Positions 1 through 8,917 of a stretch of DNA of 50,188 nucleotides are shown one piece after another. Below the pieces are notes generated by a model. It had not been told where the DNA came from. It saw only the letters and a program-made list of their open reading frames with translations, and ran no database searches. This stretch comes from an uncultured Methanosarcinales archaeon (lineage in GTDB: Archaea > Nanobdellota > Nanobdellia > Woesearchaeales > CAYXTQ01), in NCBI GenBank assembly GCA_964608065.1, contig CAZSMA010000001.1, positions 16,572 through 66,759 on the forward strand. The letters run 5' to 3'. Within the stretch, counting starts at the first letter, position 1, and the number at the start of each line of letters is the position of its first letter. A program made the translations under genes and the position numbers.

Positions 1-3
1 TAT

Positions 4-3000
4 TTAAACCTTACCATTATCCTTAACAATCTTAGCAGCACTCACAACTTTATCTCCTTCTGACAAATTCATTAACCTAACTCCTTGCGTGTTTCTTCCA
101 ATAACAGAAATATCTTTAGCTACAGTCCTTATTGCAATACCTTTCTTGCTCATAAACATCAATTCATCTTCTTCATTCAAAGACTTGACAGCAACAGCTT
201 TGCCGTTTCTATCAGAACATTGTATATTAATTACTCCTGATCCGCCTCTATGAATTAAACTATAGTCTGAAATCAAAGTCCTTTTCCCATAGCCATTCTC
301 AGTTATTGTCAATAATGTCTTTGAATCTTCAGCTATGACCATTCCAACAACTTCATCTGAAGCATCTTTCAATCTAATTCCTCTTACACCCATTGAACTT
401 CTTCCAGAAGCTCTTACATCTTTTTCACTAAACTTAACAGCATTTCCATTTTTTGTAGCAATCATTATATTATTATTTCCATCTGTCAAATTAACACCAA
501 CTAACTCATCATCTGATGTCAAAGTCAAAGCAATTATACCAGTTTTCCTTGGATTAGAAAACAAATTCAAAGGAATCCTTTTAACAGTACCTTTTTTAGT
601 TGCCATGACTAAATACAAACCTTCATCAAATCCTTTTACAGGAATAAACGCATTAACTTTCTCATCTTTTCCTAAAGGAAGCAGATTAACTATAGCCTTG
701 CCTGTTGCCTGCCTTGAAGTTTCAGGAATATGATAAACCTTCATCCAATAAATCTTTCCTTTATTTGTAAAAAACAAGATATAATCATGAGTATTTGCAA
801 TAAATAAATCCTCAACAAAATCCAGCTCCTTAGTTGTAGCTGCTATCACGCCCTTACCCCCTCTCTTCTGCCTCTTATAAGTATCAGGACTCAGTCTTTT
901 GATATAGCCTGCATTTGTTATACTTACAACCATCTGCTCATCTTCAATCAGATCCTCAACCTCTAATTCTTCATGAGACTCAACAATGCTTGTCTTCCTC
1001 TTGTCACCATACTCTTCTCTTATCTCCAGACTTTCTTTTTTAATAATATCCAGAACTTTCTGCTCAGAATCTAATATTGACTTTAACTCCTCAATCAATT
1101 TCAATAATGATTCATATTCTTTCTTTATCTTATCCTGCTCTAAAGAAGTTAATTTCTGTAATCTCATCTCTAATATAGCAACAGACTGCTCAGAACTTAA
1201 TTTATAATTACCCATCAAACCTTTCTTTGCTTCATCTACACTCTTGCTTCCTTTAATTAATTTAATTACATTGTCAATATTTTTCAAAGCAATTAACAAA
1301 CCATCAAGAATATGCTTCCTCTTTTCTGCTTTGTTCAAGTCAAACTTTGTCCTTTTAACAATAATATCTTTTCTATGATCAATATAATACTGTATCATTT
1401 CTTTAAGATTCAGAACTCTAGGCTGATTATCAACCAAAGAAAGCATTATAACTCCAAACGTAGTCTGTAATCTTGAATGTTTAAACAATTGATTTAGTGT
1501 AACATCAACATTGCCCCCCTGCTTTAACTCTATCACAATCCTCATTCCTTCCCTATCGCTTTCATCCCTTAAATCAGATATTCCTAAAACTTTTTTCTCT
1601 TTTACCATATATGCAATCTCTTTCATAAGCAGAGATTTATTGACCATATAAGGAATTTCAGTAACAATTATCTTTTTCTTGCCTTTAACTTCTTCAACTT
1701 CAGTTTTAGCCCTTACAGTCAATTTTCCTCTTCCGTTTTTATAACTGCTTTCAATACCTTGTCTTCCACATATCATACCACCAGTAGGAAAATCAGGACC
1801 TTTAACACTCTGCATTAATTCTCCAATTGTAGAATCAGGATTATCAATTAACTTGACAACACCATCAACTACTTCTGTAACATTATGTGGGGGAATATTA
1901 GTTGCCATTCCAACAGCAATCCCAGAACTTCCATTAATCAATAGATTAGGTAGTTTAGAAGGCAGAACAGAAGGTTCTTTCAGGCTTCCATCAAAATTAG
2001 GAACAAACTTTACTGTATCTTTTTCTATATCCTTCAGCATTTCTTCAGCTAATTTATTCATTCTTGCTTCAGTATTATGGTTAATGAACCCGTTAGCAAC
2101 AAAAGAATGACATTTACTGTTTACTTTTACAGAAAAAACTTCTTTTGTTTTTTTTTTTCCCCCTATTTCTGTTATTTGATCAAAATAGAAATTGTTTTTT
2201 AGAATAAAATCAATTAAAAGCTTATCTTCTTTATCAATTATTTTTATTAATCTTGCATAATTTCTTTTTAAAGAGTTATATCTGTCAAAATTGTAATGTT
2301 TTAATATGTATGAAGAATATTTGTTTCTCAGATAATCATTTAAGAAAGGTACAAAATCTGTTTTGCTTAATCTTGTAGGATTTATTTTTTTTATTGATTC
2401 TAAAATTTTATTTTTTCTATCTGAAAAAAATCCAATGTTCTTGTAAAACCTATATACGTTATCAAAACCTGGGACATAAATCTTAAAACATCTGTTTCTT
2501 TTATCTTGGTAAGGTTTTCCAGAGATTACTCCAAAGTTCAGCAATAATGTCTTTAATTGACTAATTAGCTTATCGCTTTTCGAATCATAAGTTAATTGTA
2601 CGCTTTTACCACCATGCCTTCTATCAACAACTAGTTGAGCACCTCCATCACCTTCGAATAAAGCTGTTAAAAATGATTTAATGTTTTCTTTAGTAGATAA
2701 AAGAACCGAAAAAGGAATTTCTTTTTCATGAGACTTATGAGATTTTAGACCTATATTATCTAGAAACATAACAATTTTTTGTTCATATATACTCAATTCA
2801 GTACATTTGCCTTTTATTTTTCTTTCGTATAATTGAACGCCTTTGAATTGAGATAAAATTATTGATTTAACTTTGTTATAAAATTCTTTATCTTGATTAT
2901 TGAATAAAATTTGTTTGTTGTGGAAGCTTCCTTCACTTACCAAAGCCCCTAATAAGAAAGCCAGTTCATTATTCATTATTGTTGGTAATTTTATATCATT

Positions 3001-3753
3001 TCTAAAGCCGGTTTTTGGAAAATATTTTTTTAAATCTAATGGTGTGTTACTGAAAAAGCTATGTTCTCTGTTTATGATAGCAATATCTCCTTCTTCTAAC
3101 TGTTCAAGAAGTTTCCATGATATTTTTGGTTTGAAATTGCCCCCTAATTTCCAAGTCAAGATTGGGTGGTTATAAGACCCCTCTATAGAATAACCGGATT
3201 TAGTAGCAATTCTGATGGTTTTGTGTTTTCCAGAGTTAAAGAATTTTGCTGCAGAGTTTTTTTTTCCGTTATAAGATTGTATTTTCATATCAATTAAAGC
3301 TTCCTTTTTGTTGGAAATACAACTTATAGGCAAAATACCTCGGTCTGTTAAAATTAATGAATCTCCTGTAATACAATACCTCATTGCTGCTGCTGAATCA
3401 CCATCTATACTTCCAAAATTACCCTGTCCTTGAATCAAAGGATATCTTAAAGAAAAATCCTGTGCCATTCTTACTAAAGCATCATAAACAGCAGTATCTC
3501 CATGTGGATGATATTTACCTAAAACCTCTCCAACAATTCTTGCGCATTTCTTATAAGCTTTGTTATGAAACATGCCCATATCATGCATTGCAAAAAGAAC
3601 TCTTCTGTGTACTGGCTTTAGCCCATCTCTTACATCAGGTAAAGCCCTTCCAACAATAACTGACATAGAATAATCTAAATAACTCTGCTTCATCTCTTCT
3701 TCAATTACTCTTTGCACTATTTTTTCCTTTATTTCAGCAGATTTATCATCCAT
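4..3753 (-). CDS. gyrA: DNA gyrase subunit A, interrupted in frame by an intein
   Basis: 1249-aa ORF. N-extein has GKYHPHGD...QGNFGS...AAMRY (catalytic Tyr). C-extein resumes [13 protein letters not shown], followed by a typical GyrA tower and C-terminal beta-pinwheel repeats. Confidence 0.95.
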   Translation of the reverse strand: MDDKSAEIKEKIVQRVIEEEMKQSYLDYSMSVIVGRALPDVRDGLKPVHRRVLFAMHDMGMFHNKAYKKCARIVGEVLGKYHPHGDTAVYDALVRMAQDFSLRYPLIQGQGNFGSIDGDSAAAMRYCITGDSLILTDRGILPISCISNKKEALIDMKIQSYNGKKNSAAKFFNSGKHKTIRIATKSGYSIEGSYNHPILTWKLGGNFKPKISWKLLEQLEEGDIAIINREHSFFSNTPLDLKKYFPKTGFRNDIKLPTIMNNELAFLLGALVSEGSFHNKQILFNNQDKEFYNKVKSIILSQFKGVQLYERKIKGKCTELSIYEQKIVMFLDNIGLKSHKSHEKEIPFSVLLSTKENIKSFLTALFEGDGGAQLVVDRRHGGKSVQLTYDSKSDKLISQLKTLLLNFGVISGKPYQDKRNRCFKIYVPGFDNVYRFYKNIGFFSDRKNKILESIKKINPTRLSKTDFVPFLNDYLRNKYSSYILKHYNFDRYNSLKRNYARLIKIIDKEDKLLIDFILKNNFYFDQITEIGGKKKTKEVFSVKVNSKCHSFVANGFINHNTEARMNKLAEEMLKDIEKDTVKFVPNFDGSLKEPSVLPSKLPNLLINGSSGIAVGMATNIPPHNVTEVVDGVVKLIDNPDSTIGELMQSVKGPDFPTGGMICGRQGIESSYKNGRGKLTVRAKTEVEEVKGKKKIIVTEIPYMVNKSLLMKEIAYMVKEKKVLGISDLRDESDREGMRIVIELKQGGNVDVTLNQLFKHSRLQTTFGVIMLSLVDNQPRVLNLKEMIQYYIDHRKDIIVKRTKFDLNKAEKRKHILDGLLIALKNIDNVIKLIKGSKSVDEAKKGLMGNYKLSSEQSVAILEMRLQKLTSLEQDKIKKEYESLLKLIEELKSILDSEQKVLDIIKKESLEIREEYGDKRKTSIVESHEELEVEDLIEDEQMVVSITNAGYIKRLSPDTYKRQKRGGKGVIAATTKELDFVEDLFIANTHDYILFFTNKGKIYWMKVYHIPETSRQATGKAIVNLLPLGKDEKVNAFIPVKGFDEGLYLVMATKKGTVKRIPLNLFSNPRKTGIIALTLTSDDELVGVNLTDGNNNIMIATKNGNAVKFSEKDVRASGRSSMGVRGIRLKDASDEVVGMVIAEDSKTLLTITENGYGKRTLISDYSLIHRGGSGVINIQCSDRNGKAVAVKSLNEEDELMFMSKKGIAIRTVAKDISVIGRNTQGVRLMNLSEGDKVVSAAKIVKDNGKV
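2074..3375 (-). mobile_element. GyrA intein (434 aa) with LAGLIDADG homing-endonuclease domain
   Basis: Starts [11 protein letters not shown] directly after AAMRY (Cys codon 3375-3373). Ends [10 protein letters not shown] (Asn codon 2076-2074), followed by Thr+1. Two LAGLIDADG blocks: [14 protein letters not shown] and [12 protein letters not shown]. Confidence 0.9.
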
Positions 3754-3844
3754 TTTTTTTTTCTACTTAGAATCCCCTGTAAATGCTAATACCTTTCTAT
3801 TTAAAAGTCTTTTGGTTCTAAAATGGCAATACAGCCTCTGTAAT

Positions 3845-3891
3845 GCCTGAATTCAAGCGAATTAGAAGTTCGAATATCAGTGAATTAGGGC
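3845..3891 (-). terminator. Imperfect 11-bp hairpin directly after the stop of the zinc-ribbon gene
   Basis: GCCTGAATTCA (3845-3855) pairs with TGAATTAGGGC (3881-3891), with one mismatch and one G-U. An inner CGAA/TTCG stem is present. No clear T-run follows. Confidence 0.25.
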
Positions 3892-4038
3892 CTATTTCAA
3901 CCTTTTGATTATACAATCTTTTACAGAAAAATTTCTTCCACAATATACGCATGATTTCCTTTTCTTAAACAATGTTTTGTCCCTAGTTTCATACTTCATA
4001 TTATGCTTGCATTTAGGGCATTTTAACAGAAATAACAT
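3892..4038 (-). CDS. Small zinc-ribbon protein (48 aa from internal Met)
   Basis: CPKC...(17 aa)...CVYC motif. Starting at MLFLLKCPKC avoids overlap with scpB (stop at 4043). TAG stop. Confidence 0.5.
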   Translation of the reverse strand: MLFLLKCPKCKHNMKYETRDKTLFKKRKSCVYCGRNFSVKDCIIKRLK

Positions 4039-4042
4039 CTTT

Positions 4043-5047
4043 TTATTTATTTTCTTCCCCCATATTCTCAAATTCTTCTTCACTAACTTCTTCATCTTCT
4101 TTATTCTTAGGAGGATGTATCAATTCATCTACTTTTTTATCAACTTTTTTCTCAAACTCTTCTTCTGCTTTCTTCTCCTCTAATTTTTCCATCATATCTT
4201 CTTCAAAATTTTCTGAAACTTCATCAACAACTCCTTCAGGAACTTCTTGAGGCACTTCTTCAAAATTTTCTTTTTTTTCTTTTTTCTCTTCCTCTGGCTC
4301 TTCAACCTTCTGCTCTGGTTCATCAAATACTTCTAGATTACCAAGTTTTTCTTTATCTTCAACAACTTCAATTTTTTTATCTTCCTCATAAACTTCTGGC
4401 TCATCAATTACTTCTAATTTTATTTTCTTGCCTTCTTCATCAACTAAATCTACTTCTTTTTCTTTAACTACTTCTGTCTTTTCTCCTTCCTTGGATTCCT
4501 CGCTCCTTTCCTTTTTCATCTTCTCGATAATCTCTTCTTTTTCTTCTATAGCATTAGCTAAACTGTCAAAGTCTTTAAACTTTTCTTTTAATTTATCTCT
4601 TGGAAGGTCAAAATAATCAAAAAATTTCTGGGCTAATTTTATCAACCTTGTTCTTCCATACTTCTGCCTTGTTATAAAACCCAGTTCTTCTAACTCTCTT
4701 AAATGATCATAAGCCTTGTTAGTCCTCATCTTGATAAGGTCTGCCTGTTTTATAGGATACTTGAATGCAATAACAGCCAGTGTTTCCATCAAAGTTTTAC
4801 TTAACTCAGTCTGTGTCACAATCGAAGAAACCAAAGACATATATCTATCTCTTACAGTCATTTTCCAATGATCGGCTTCTTGGATTAATTCAACACTTTC
4901 ATTGCCGTCATACTTTCTCTTTAATTCTTCCAATGATTTCTTAATATCCTCAACACTAACCTTAGTCAAATTGCTAATCTCATCTACATTCATACTTCTG
5001 CCTGAAGAAAACAGCAAAGCTTCAACTTTATTTATCACTTCTTGCAT
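4043..5047 (-). CDS. scpB: Segregation and condensation protein B-like (ScpB) with a ~185-aa acidic/K-rich tail
   Basis: MQEVINKVEALLFSSGRSMNVDEIS... plus a second wHTH (IKQADLIKMRTNKAYDHLRELEELGFI). The 17 codons upstream of Met18 are the translated repeat element, so the start is set at 5047. Confidence 0.75.
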   Translation of the reverse strand: MQEVINKVEALLFSSGRSMNVDEISNLTKVSVEDIKKSLEELKRKYDGNESVELIQEADHWKMTVRDRYMSLVSSIVTQTELSKTLMETLAVIAFKYPIKQADLIKMRTNKAYDHLRELEELGFITRQKYGRTRLIKLAQKFFDYFDLPRDKLKEKFKDFDSLANAIEEKEEIIEKMKKERSEESKEGEKTEVVKEKEVDLVDEEGKKIKLEVIDEPEVYEEDKKIEVVEDKEKLGNLEVFDEPEQKVEEPEEEKKEKKENFEEVPQEVPEGVVDEVSENFEEDMMEKLEEKKAEEEFEKKVDKKVDELIHPPKNKEDEEVSEEEFENMGEENK

Positions 5048-5050
5048 TTT

Positions 5051-5095
5051 CCAACGAAGTTGGTGCCGAAAATTATTTTTTCCTTCATTTTCAAG
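5051..5095 (+). repeat. Two-hairpin intergenic element, copy A
   Basis: CCAACGAAGTTGGTGCCGAAAAT-(13 nt)-ATTTTCAAG. Fills the gap between the stop at 5091-5093 and the scpB ATG at 5047. Confidence 0.8.
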
Positions 5096-5717
5096 CATAC
5101 TTATTCAAAGAATACTTTTCTCCTTCTAATTTAATCTTTCTTTTGTCATTCATTTCCTTGACAAAATTACCTAAGTGCTCTTCACCAATCCCAGTTATCT
5201 TTGCAATCTCTTTTAATGTCTTAGGTTTTCCTGATAAAGCTATTATTATCAGATTTCTTAACAAATTAGAAGCATTCTCATTCAATATCTGATTCTCAGC
5301 CCTTAATCCCTTCAAAACCATATCTGCTTTGTGAAGATGAGCTAATAAATCATTCAATAAATTTGCAAAATGATTAGTATCTAAATTCAAGCCTTTTGGT
5401 TCCAATATCTCTAAAGAAGAAGGCATATAATCAAAACAGAATCCAATTAATTTAGGTATATTCTTGAACAAAATTTCCATCTCAGTATAAGTGCTGAATA
5501 ATTTTCCTTTTTCCTTTACTTCCTTAAGCTCAACTTCTTTTGCCTTAAAAATATCGCATGACTTCAATATCAAATCTTTTCCTTCACTCTTTTTTATAGT
5601 TTCTATAACTAGCTGCATTGTCTTCTCTATATGGCTTTTGGGTGTTCCAGCTACTTCAACTATAGTTCTGCATAATATATAACCTTCATCTATCTTCTCT
5701 TTCAGTTTTTGATCCAT
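5091..5717 (-). CDS. Hypothetical protein with C-terminal winged-helix-like region, upstream partner of scpB
   Basis: 208-aa ORF with a GGAGGA SD about 10 nt upstream of the ATG. C-terminus reads LSGKPKTLKEIAKITGIGEEHLGNFVKEM. No motif I can assign. Confidence 0.6.
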   Translation of the reverse strand: MDQKLKEKIDEGYILCRTIVEVAGTPKSHIEKTMQLVIETIKKSEGKDLILKSCDIFKAKEVELKEVKEKGKLFSTYTEMEILFKNIPKLIGFCFDYMPSSLEILEPKGLNLDTNHFANLLNDLLAHLHKADMVLKGLRAENQILNENASNLLRNLIIIALSGKPKTLKEIAKITGIGEEHLGNFVKEMNDKRKIKLEGEKYSLNKYA

Positions 5718-5741
5718 GCTAAAAAATCCTCCTGACTCTTT

Positions 5742-5791
5742 AAAATTTCTATGAAATTTTCAAGACACCGAAAATTTGCAAACAAATTTTC
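5742..5791 (+). repeat. Variant two-hairpin element, copy G
   Basis: AAAATTTC-tat-GAAATTTT, then CAAG ACA CC, then GAAAATTTG-caaa-CAAATTTTC. Shares the TTTTCAAG and CCGAAAAT blocks with the main family. Confidence 0.6.
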
Positions 5792-5899
5792 CAGTGTTTT
5801 TGCACCATTCAAATCAAAGATTTTCATGGTTTTAGTATATCCATTAAAATAAGTATTATAAAAAGGTTTCTAAATTAGCTATAGAAATAATAATCACAT

Positions 5900-6871
5900 C
5901 TATAATACCTTATCTCTAATTAATCTATTACGGAATGATATATTAGTCAGTTCTTCTTCAACATCTATTATAAGACGTATTAAATCACCAAGATATTTAA
6001 TTATTTTAAAATCACTTATATGTTCAATATCATTCAAGAGTTTTTCAAAAACAGCACGTTCAGTTTTAATAAATGCTTTTCTTTCTTTATTAAGGAAAAA
6101 AGACATATTTTTTTCTATTTTTTTTTTTATAAACAAGAAAAAAGTATCCAATTTTGTAATCTTTTTACTTTTTGACATGTGAGAAGCAAGCATATAAACT
6201 TTGTCTGCAATATTCTCTAGTTTTTTTCCTAAAAGAAGATATGAGGGTATAAAAGACATATGTTTTATTTTAGAGGATATTAACACACTTGTATTTGTCT
6301 GTGATAACACGATTATTTTTGTTATCAAGTTATATAATCTATCAATCTCATCTTCATTCCTCTTTATTTCATTTAAATTTTTTTTAGAATAATAGATTAG
6401 GTCTATTGAAGATGAAATAAGAAGGAAAGTTCTATAGAAAAGCTGATTTATATCAACCTTTGATTTATCAAGCAAAACTTTTAATATAATTTTATTTTTA
6501 TCCTCATAAAATATTTCTGTACCAACCATATGTCTTAATGCTTCTTTTGTTTTAGACCTTTGATCAATTGTTAATTCTTTATTTGAGGTTATAATTATAT
6601 TTTCAAAACCCAAATAATAAAGGACAAATAGTATCTGACTTATATCTTCTTCATAGTCTTCAATAATAAGTTTAAATGTATCCCTACTATCAATCTTTTT
6701 ACTAATTTCAGGGAATATGCTTAATGATTTATCTCCTTTCCTTGTAATAAACACTTCTTCTTTCTCTTTAAGCTTATTTTCCAAAACCCATCCTTTGGGC
6801 AATGATACAGAATAGGTGCTTCCTGCAATAAGCTGGATTTTTCTCCTGATTATCTCATCTTTATGTACCAT
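5900..6871 (-). CDS. AbrB/SpoVT-domain + PhoU-like phosphate uptake regulator
   Basis: N-terminal IQLIAGSTYSVSLPKGWVLENKL (AbrB-type swapped hairpin) followed by a helical PhoU-like region. Divergent from the Na/Pi transporter gene. Confidence 0.6.
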   Translation of the reverse strand: MVHKDEIIRRKIQLIAGSTYSVSLPKGWVLENKLKEKEEVFITRKGDKSLSIFPEISKKIDSRDTFKLIIEDYEEDISQILFVLYYLGFENIIITSNKELTIDQRSKTKEALRHMVGTEIFYEDKNKIILKVLLDKSKVDINQLFYRTFLLISSSIDLIYYSKKNLNEIKRNEDEIDRLYNLITKIIVLSQTNTSVLISSKIKHMSFIPSYLLLGKKLENIADKVYMLASHMSKSKKITKLDTFFLFIKKKIEKNMSFFLNKERKAFIKTERAVFEKLLNDIEHISDFKIIKYLGDLIRLIIDVEEELTNISFRNRLIRDKVL

Positions 6872-6980
6872 AATATATTATTAAATATATCAACTATATA
6901 AATTTTTTTATATTTATATAGTTTATGAAGGTAATTTATATAAATGTCAAACTCATTATTTGTAATTAAAAGAGATAAAA

Positions 6981-8063
6981 ATGAATTCAAGTAGGTTAAG
7001 TACTATAAAGAAAATAATTATTTTAATCGTCTTGTTATACATATTTCTGCTCAGTATAAACTTGATGGGCGCTTCTTTCAAGCTTTTTGGAAAAGATTTT
7101 GCTGAAACCTTGATTAAAACAACTTCTAACCCTTTTGTCGGTTTGTTGATAGGCATATTAGCAACATCTATTATCCAAAGTTCCTCAACAACAACTTCAA
7201 TAGTTGTAGGTAGTGTTGCAGGAGGTATATTAACACTTGGAGGCGCTATCCCTATAATAATGGGTGCTAATATCGGAACAACTGTAACAAACACAATTGT
7301 TTCTATGGGTCATATTGGTAGAAAACAAGAATTCAAAAGAGCATTTGCTGCAGCTACTGTCCATGATTTCTTTAATATATTAGCAGTCATAATCTTATTT
7401 CCATTAGAACTAAAAACACATTTTCTAGAAAAGTCTGCTTCTGTACTAGCTAACTTATTTGTTGGTGTTGGTGGCATCAAATTTTTAAGCCCTCTAAAAC
7501 TGATTACAGAACCTATGGTCCATTTAATAAAAAACTTAATACACAATCCAATAATAATGGTGATAATTTCATTGGTTTTATTGTTCTTCGCATTAGTCAC
7601 AATAGTAAAAATAATGAGGTCTTTAGTCCTGACTAAAATAGAAATTTTTTTAGACAATTATTTGTTTAAAAATGATTTTACAGCTTTTTTGCTTGGTATA
7701 ATATTCACAGCAGCTGTCCAAAGTAGTTCCATTACAACTTCATTAGTCATTCCTTTAGTTGGAGCTGGTTTATTAACAGTAAGAAAAATATTCCCCTATA
7801 CTCTAGGAGCTAATATTGGAACAACCATTACTGCAATCCTAGCTTCATTTGTAACCTTAAATCCAGTTGCTATTACAGTTGCTTTTGCTCATTTGTTATT
7901 TAATGTATTTGCTATTATTATATTATATCCAGTAAAAAAAGTACCTATTTGGTTAGCAGAGAGTTTTGCAAGATTAACTACAAAATCAAAGAAAAATACA
8001 ATCATATTTTTAATAATATATTTTTTATTACATATAGTTCCATTGGTTTTTATATTATTTTAA
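6981..8063 (+). CDS. Na+/phosphate cotransporter (NptA family)
   Basis: Duplicated QSSSTTTSIVVG / GANIGTTVTN and QSSSITTSLVIP / GANIGTTITA signatures. Polytopic membrane protein. Confidence 0.85.
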   Translation: MNSSRLSTIKKIIILIVLLYIFLLSINLMGASFKLFGKDFAETLIKTTSNPFVGLLIGILATSIIQSSSTTTSIVVGSVAGGILTLGGAIPIIMGANIGTTVTNTIVSMGHIGRKQEFKRAFAAATVHDFFNILAVIILFPLELKTHFLEKSASVLANLFVGVGGIKFLSPLKLITEPMVHLIKNLIHNPIIMVIISLVLLFFALVTIVKIMRSLVLTKIEIFLDNYLFKNDFTAFLLGIIFTAAVQSSSITTSLVIPLVGAGLLTVRKIFPYTLGANIGTTITAILASFVTLNPVAITVAFAHLLFNVFAIIILYPVKKVPIWLAESFARLTTKSKKNTIIFLIIYFLLHIVPLVFILF

Positions 8064-8120
8064 AAAAAAAAAGAAAAATAGATAAATATTTATAAAATAA
8101 AAAAAACAAAGGTGATTAAT

Positions 8121-8825
8121 ATGGTATTTAAAGAAATAATTAAAATTTGGAAAAAAGAAAATTTGCTAAAACAATCTCTAAAGAGTGTTGAGGAGATGTT
8201 TGAACACAGTGAATTTATGTTTAAAAATTCAGTTACTGCTCTAATGCATAACACAAAAACTGAAATTAATGTATACAAAAAAGATAAAATCTTAAATAAA
8301 TTAGAGATTGAAACCAGGAGGAAAATATTTGAACATCTTACTATAAATCCTGTTCAGGACACAGCAGCATCCTTAATATTAGTTGAAGTCATTAGAGACT
8401 TAGAAAGGATAGGTGATTTTTCTAAAAATATTGTAGAAATTAATATGATGTACCCAAAAAAGTTTGGAAAGGATAAATATATCAAAATATTAGTAGATAC
8501 GGGAGATAAAGTCTTTAAAATGTTCAATGCAACAAAAAAAAGTTTCAAAGAATGCGATAAAGAAGAAGCAAATAAGATTGTTAATTTACATAAGGATGTA
8601 ATTACTAAAACTATCGATAAATTAATTGAAAATATTATGAATGACAAAAAAATTAAGGTAAAGGAAGCTGTTGCATATGTTTTATTAGCTAGATACTTAA
8701 AGAGGATTAGCGCTCATCTAATGAATATAGCATCTAGCGTAGTTAACCCTTTCCACAGGATACGCCATAGGGGGCGTGTTACTTTAAAAGGTTATTCACC
8801 TTCTCCACAACAAAGCAACACTTAA
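8121..8825 (+). CDS. phoU: PhoU-domain protein
   Basis: LERIGDFSKNIVE and ARYLKRISAHLMNIASS PhoU repeats. AAAGGTGAT SD lies 5 nt before the ATG at 8121. Confidence 0.75.
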   Translation: MVFKEIIKIWKKENLLKQSLKSVEEMFEHSEFMFKNSVTALMHNTKTEINVYKKDKILNKLEIETRRKIFEHLTINPVQDTAASLILVEVIRDLERIGDFSKNIVEINMMYPKKFGKDKYIKILVDTGDKVFKMFNATKKSFKECDKEEANKIVNLHKDVITKTIDKLIENIMNDKKIKVKEAVAYVLLARYLKRISAHLMNIASSVVNPFHRIRHRGRVTLKGYSPSPQQSNT

Positions 8826-8917
8826 AAAAGATAGTATCCCAATAATAAAATAACCAATTAATTTCTTAACTTTATAAGTAGAGTTTTCATATATCACTTG
8901 TGACCTGAACTCCCTCT

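Noticed and set aside
5066-5075. Reading the conserved CCGAAAA block of the repeat family as a BRE followed by TATA, making each copy a promoter
   Set aside because: Only variant F (40179-40194) has a real TATA after it. Copy E is followed by CCGGAGG and sits 20 nt before an internal operon ATG. Copies C and D are at gene 3' ends, and A and B would drive antisense transcription.
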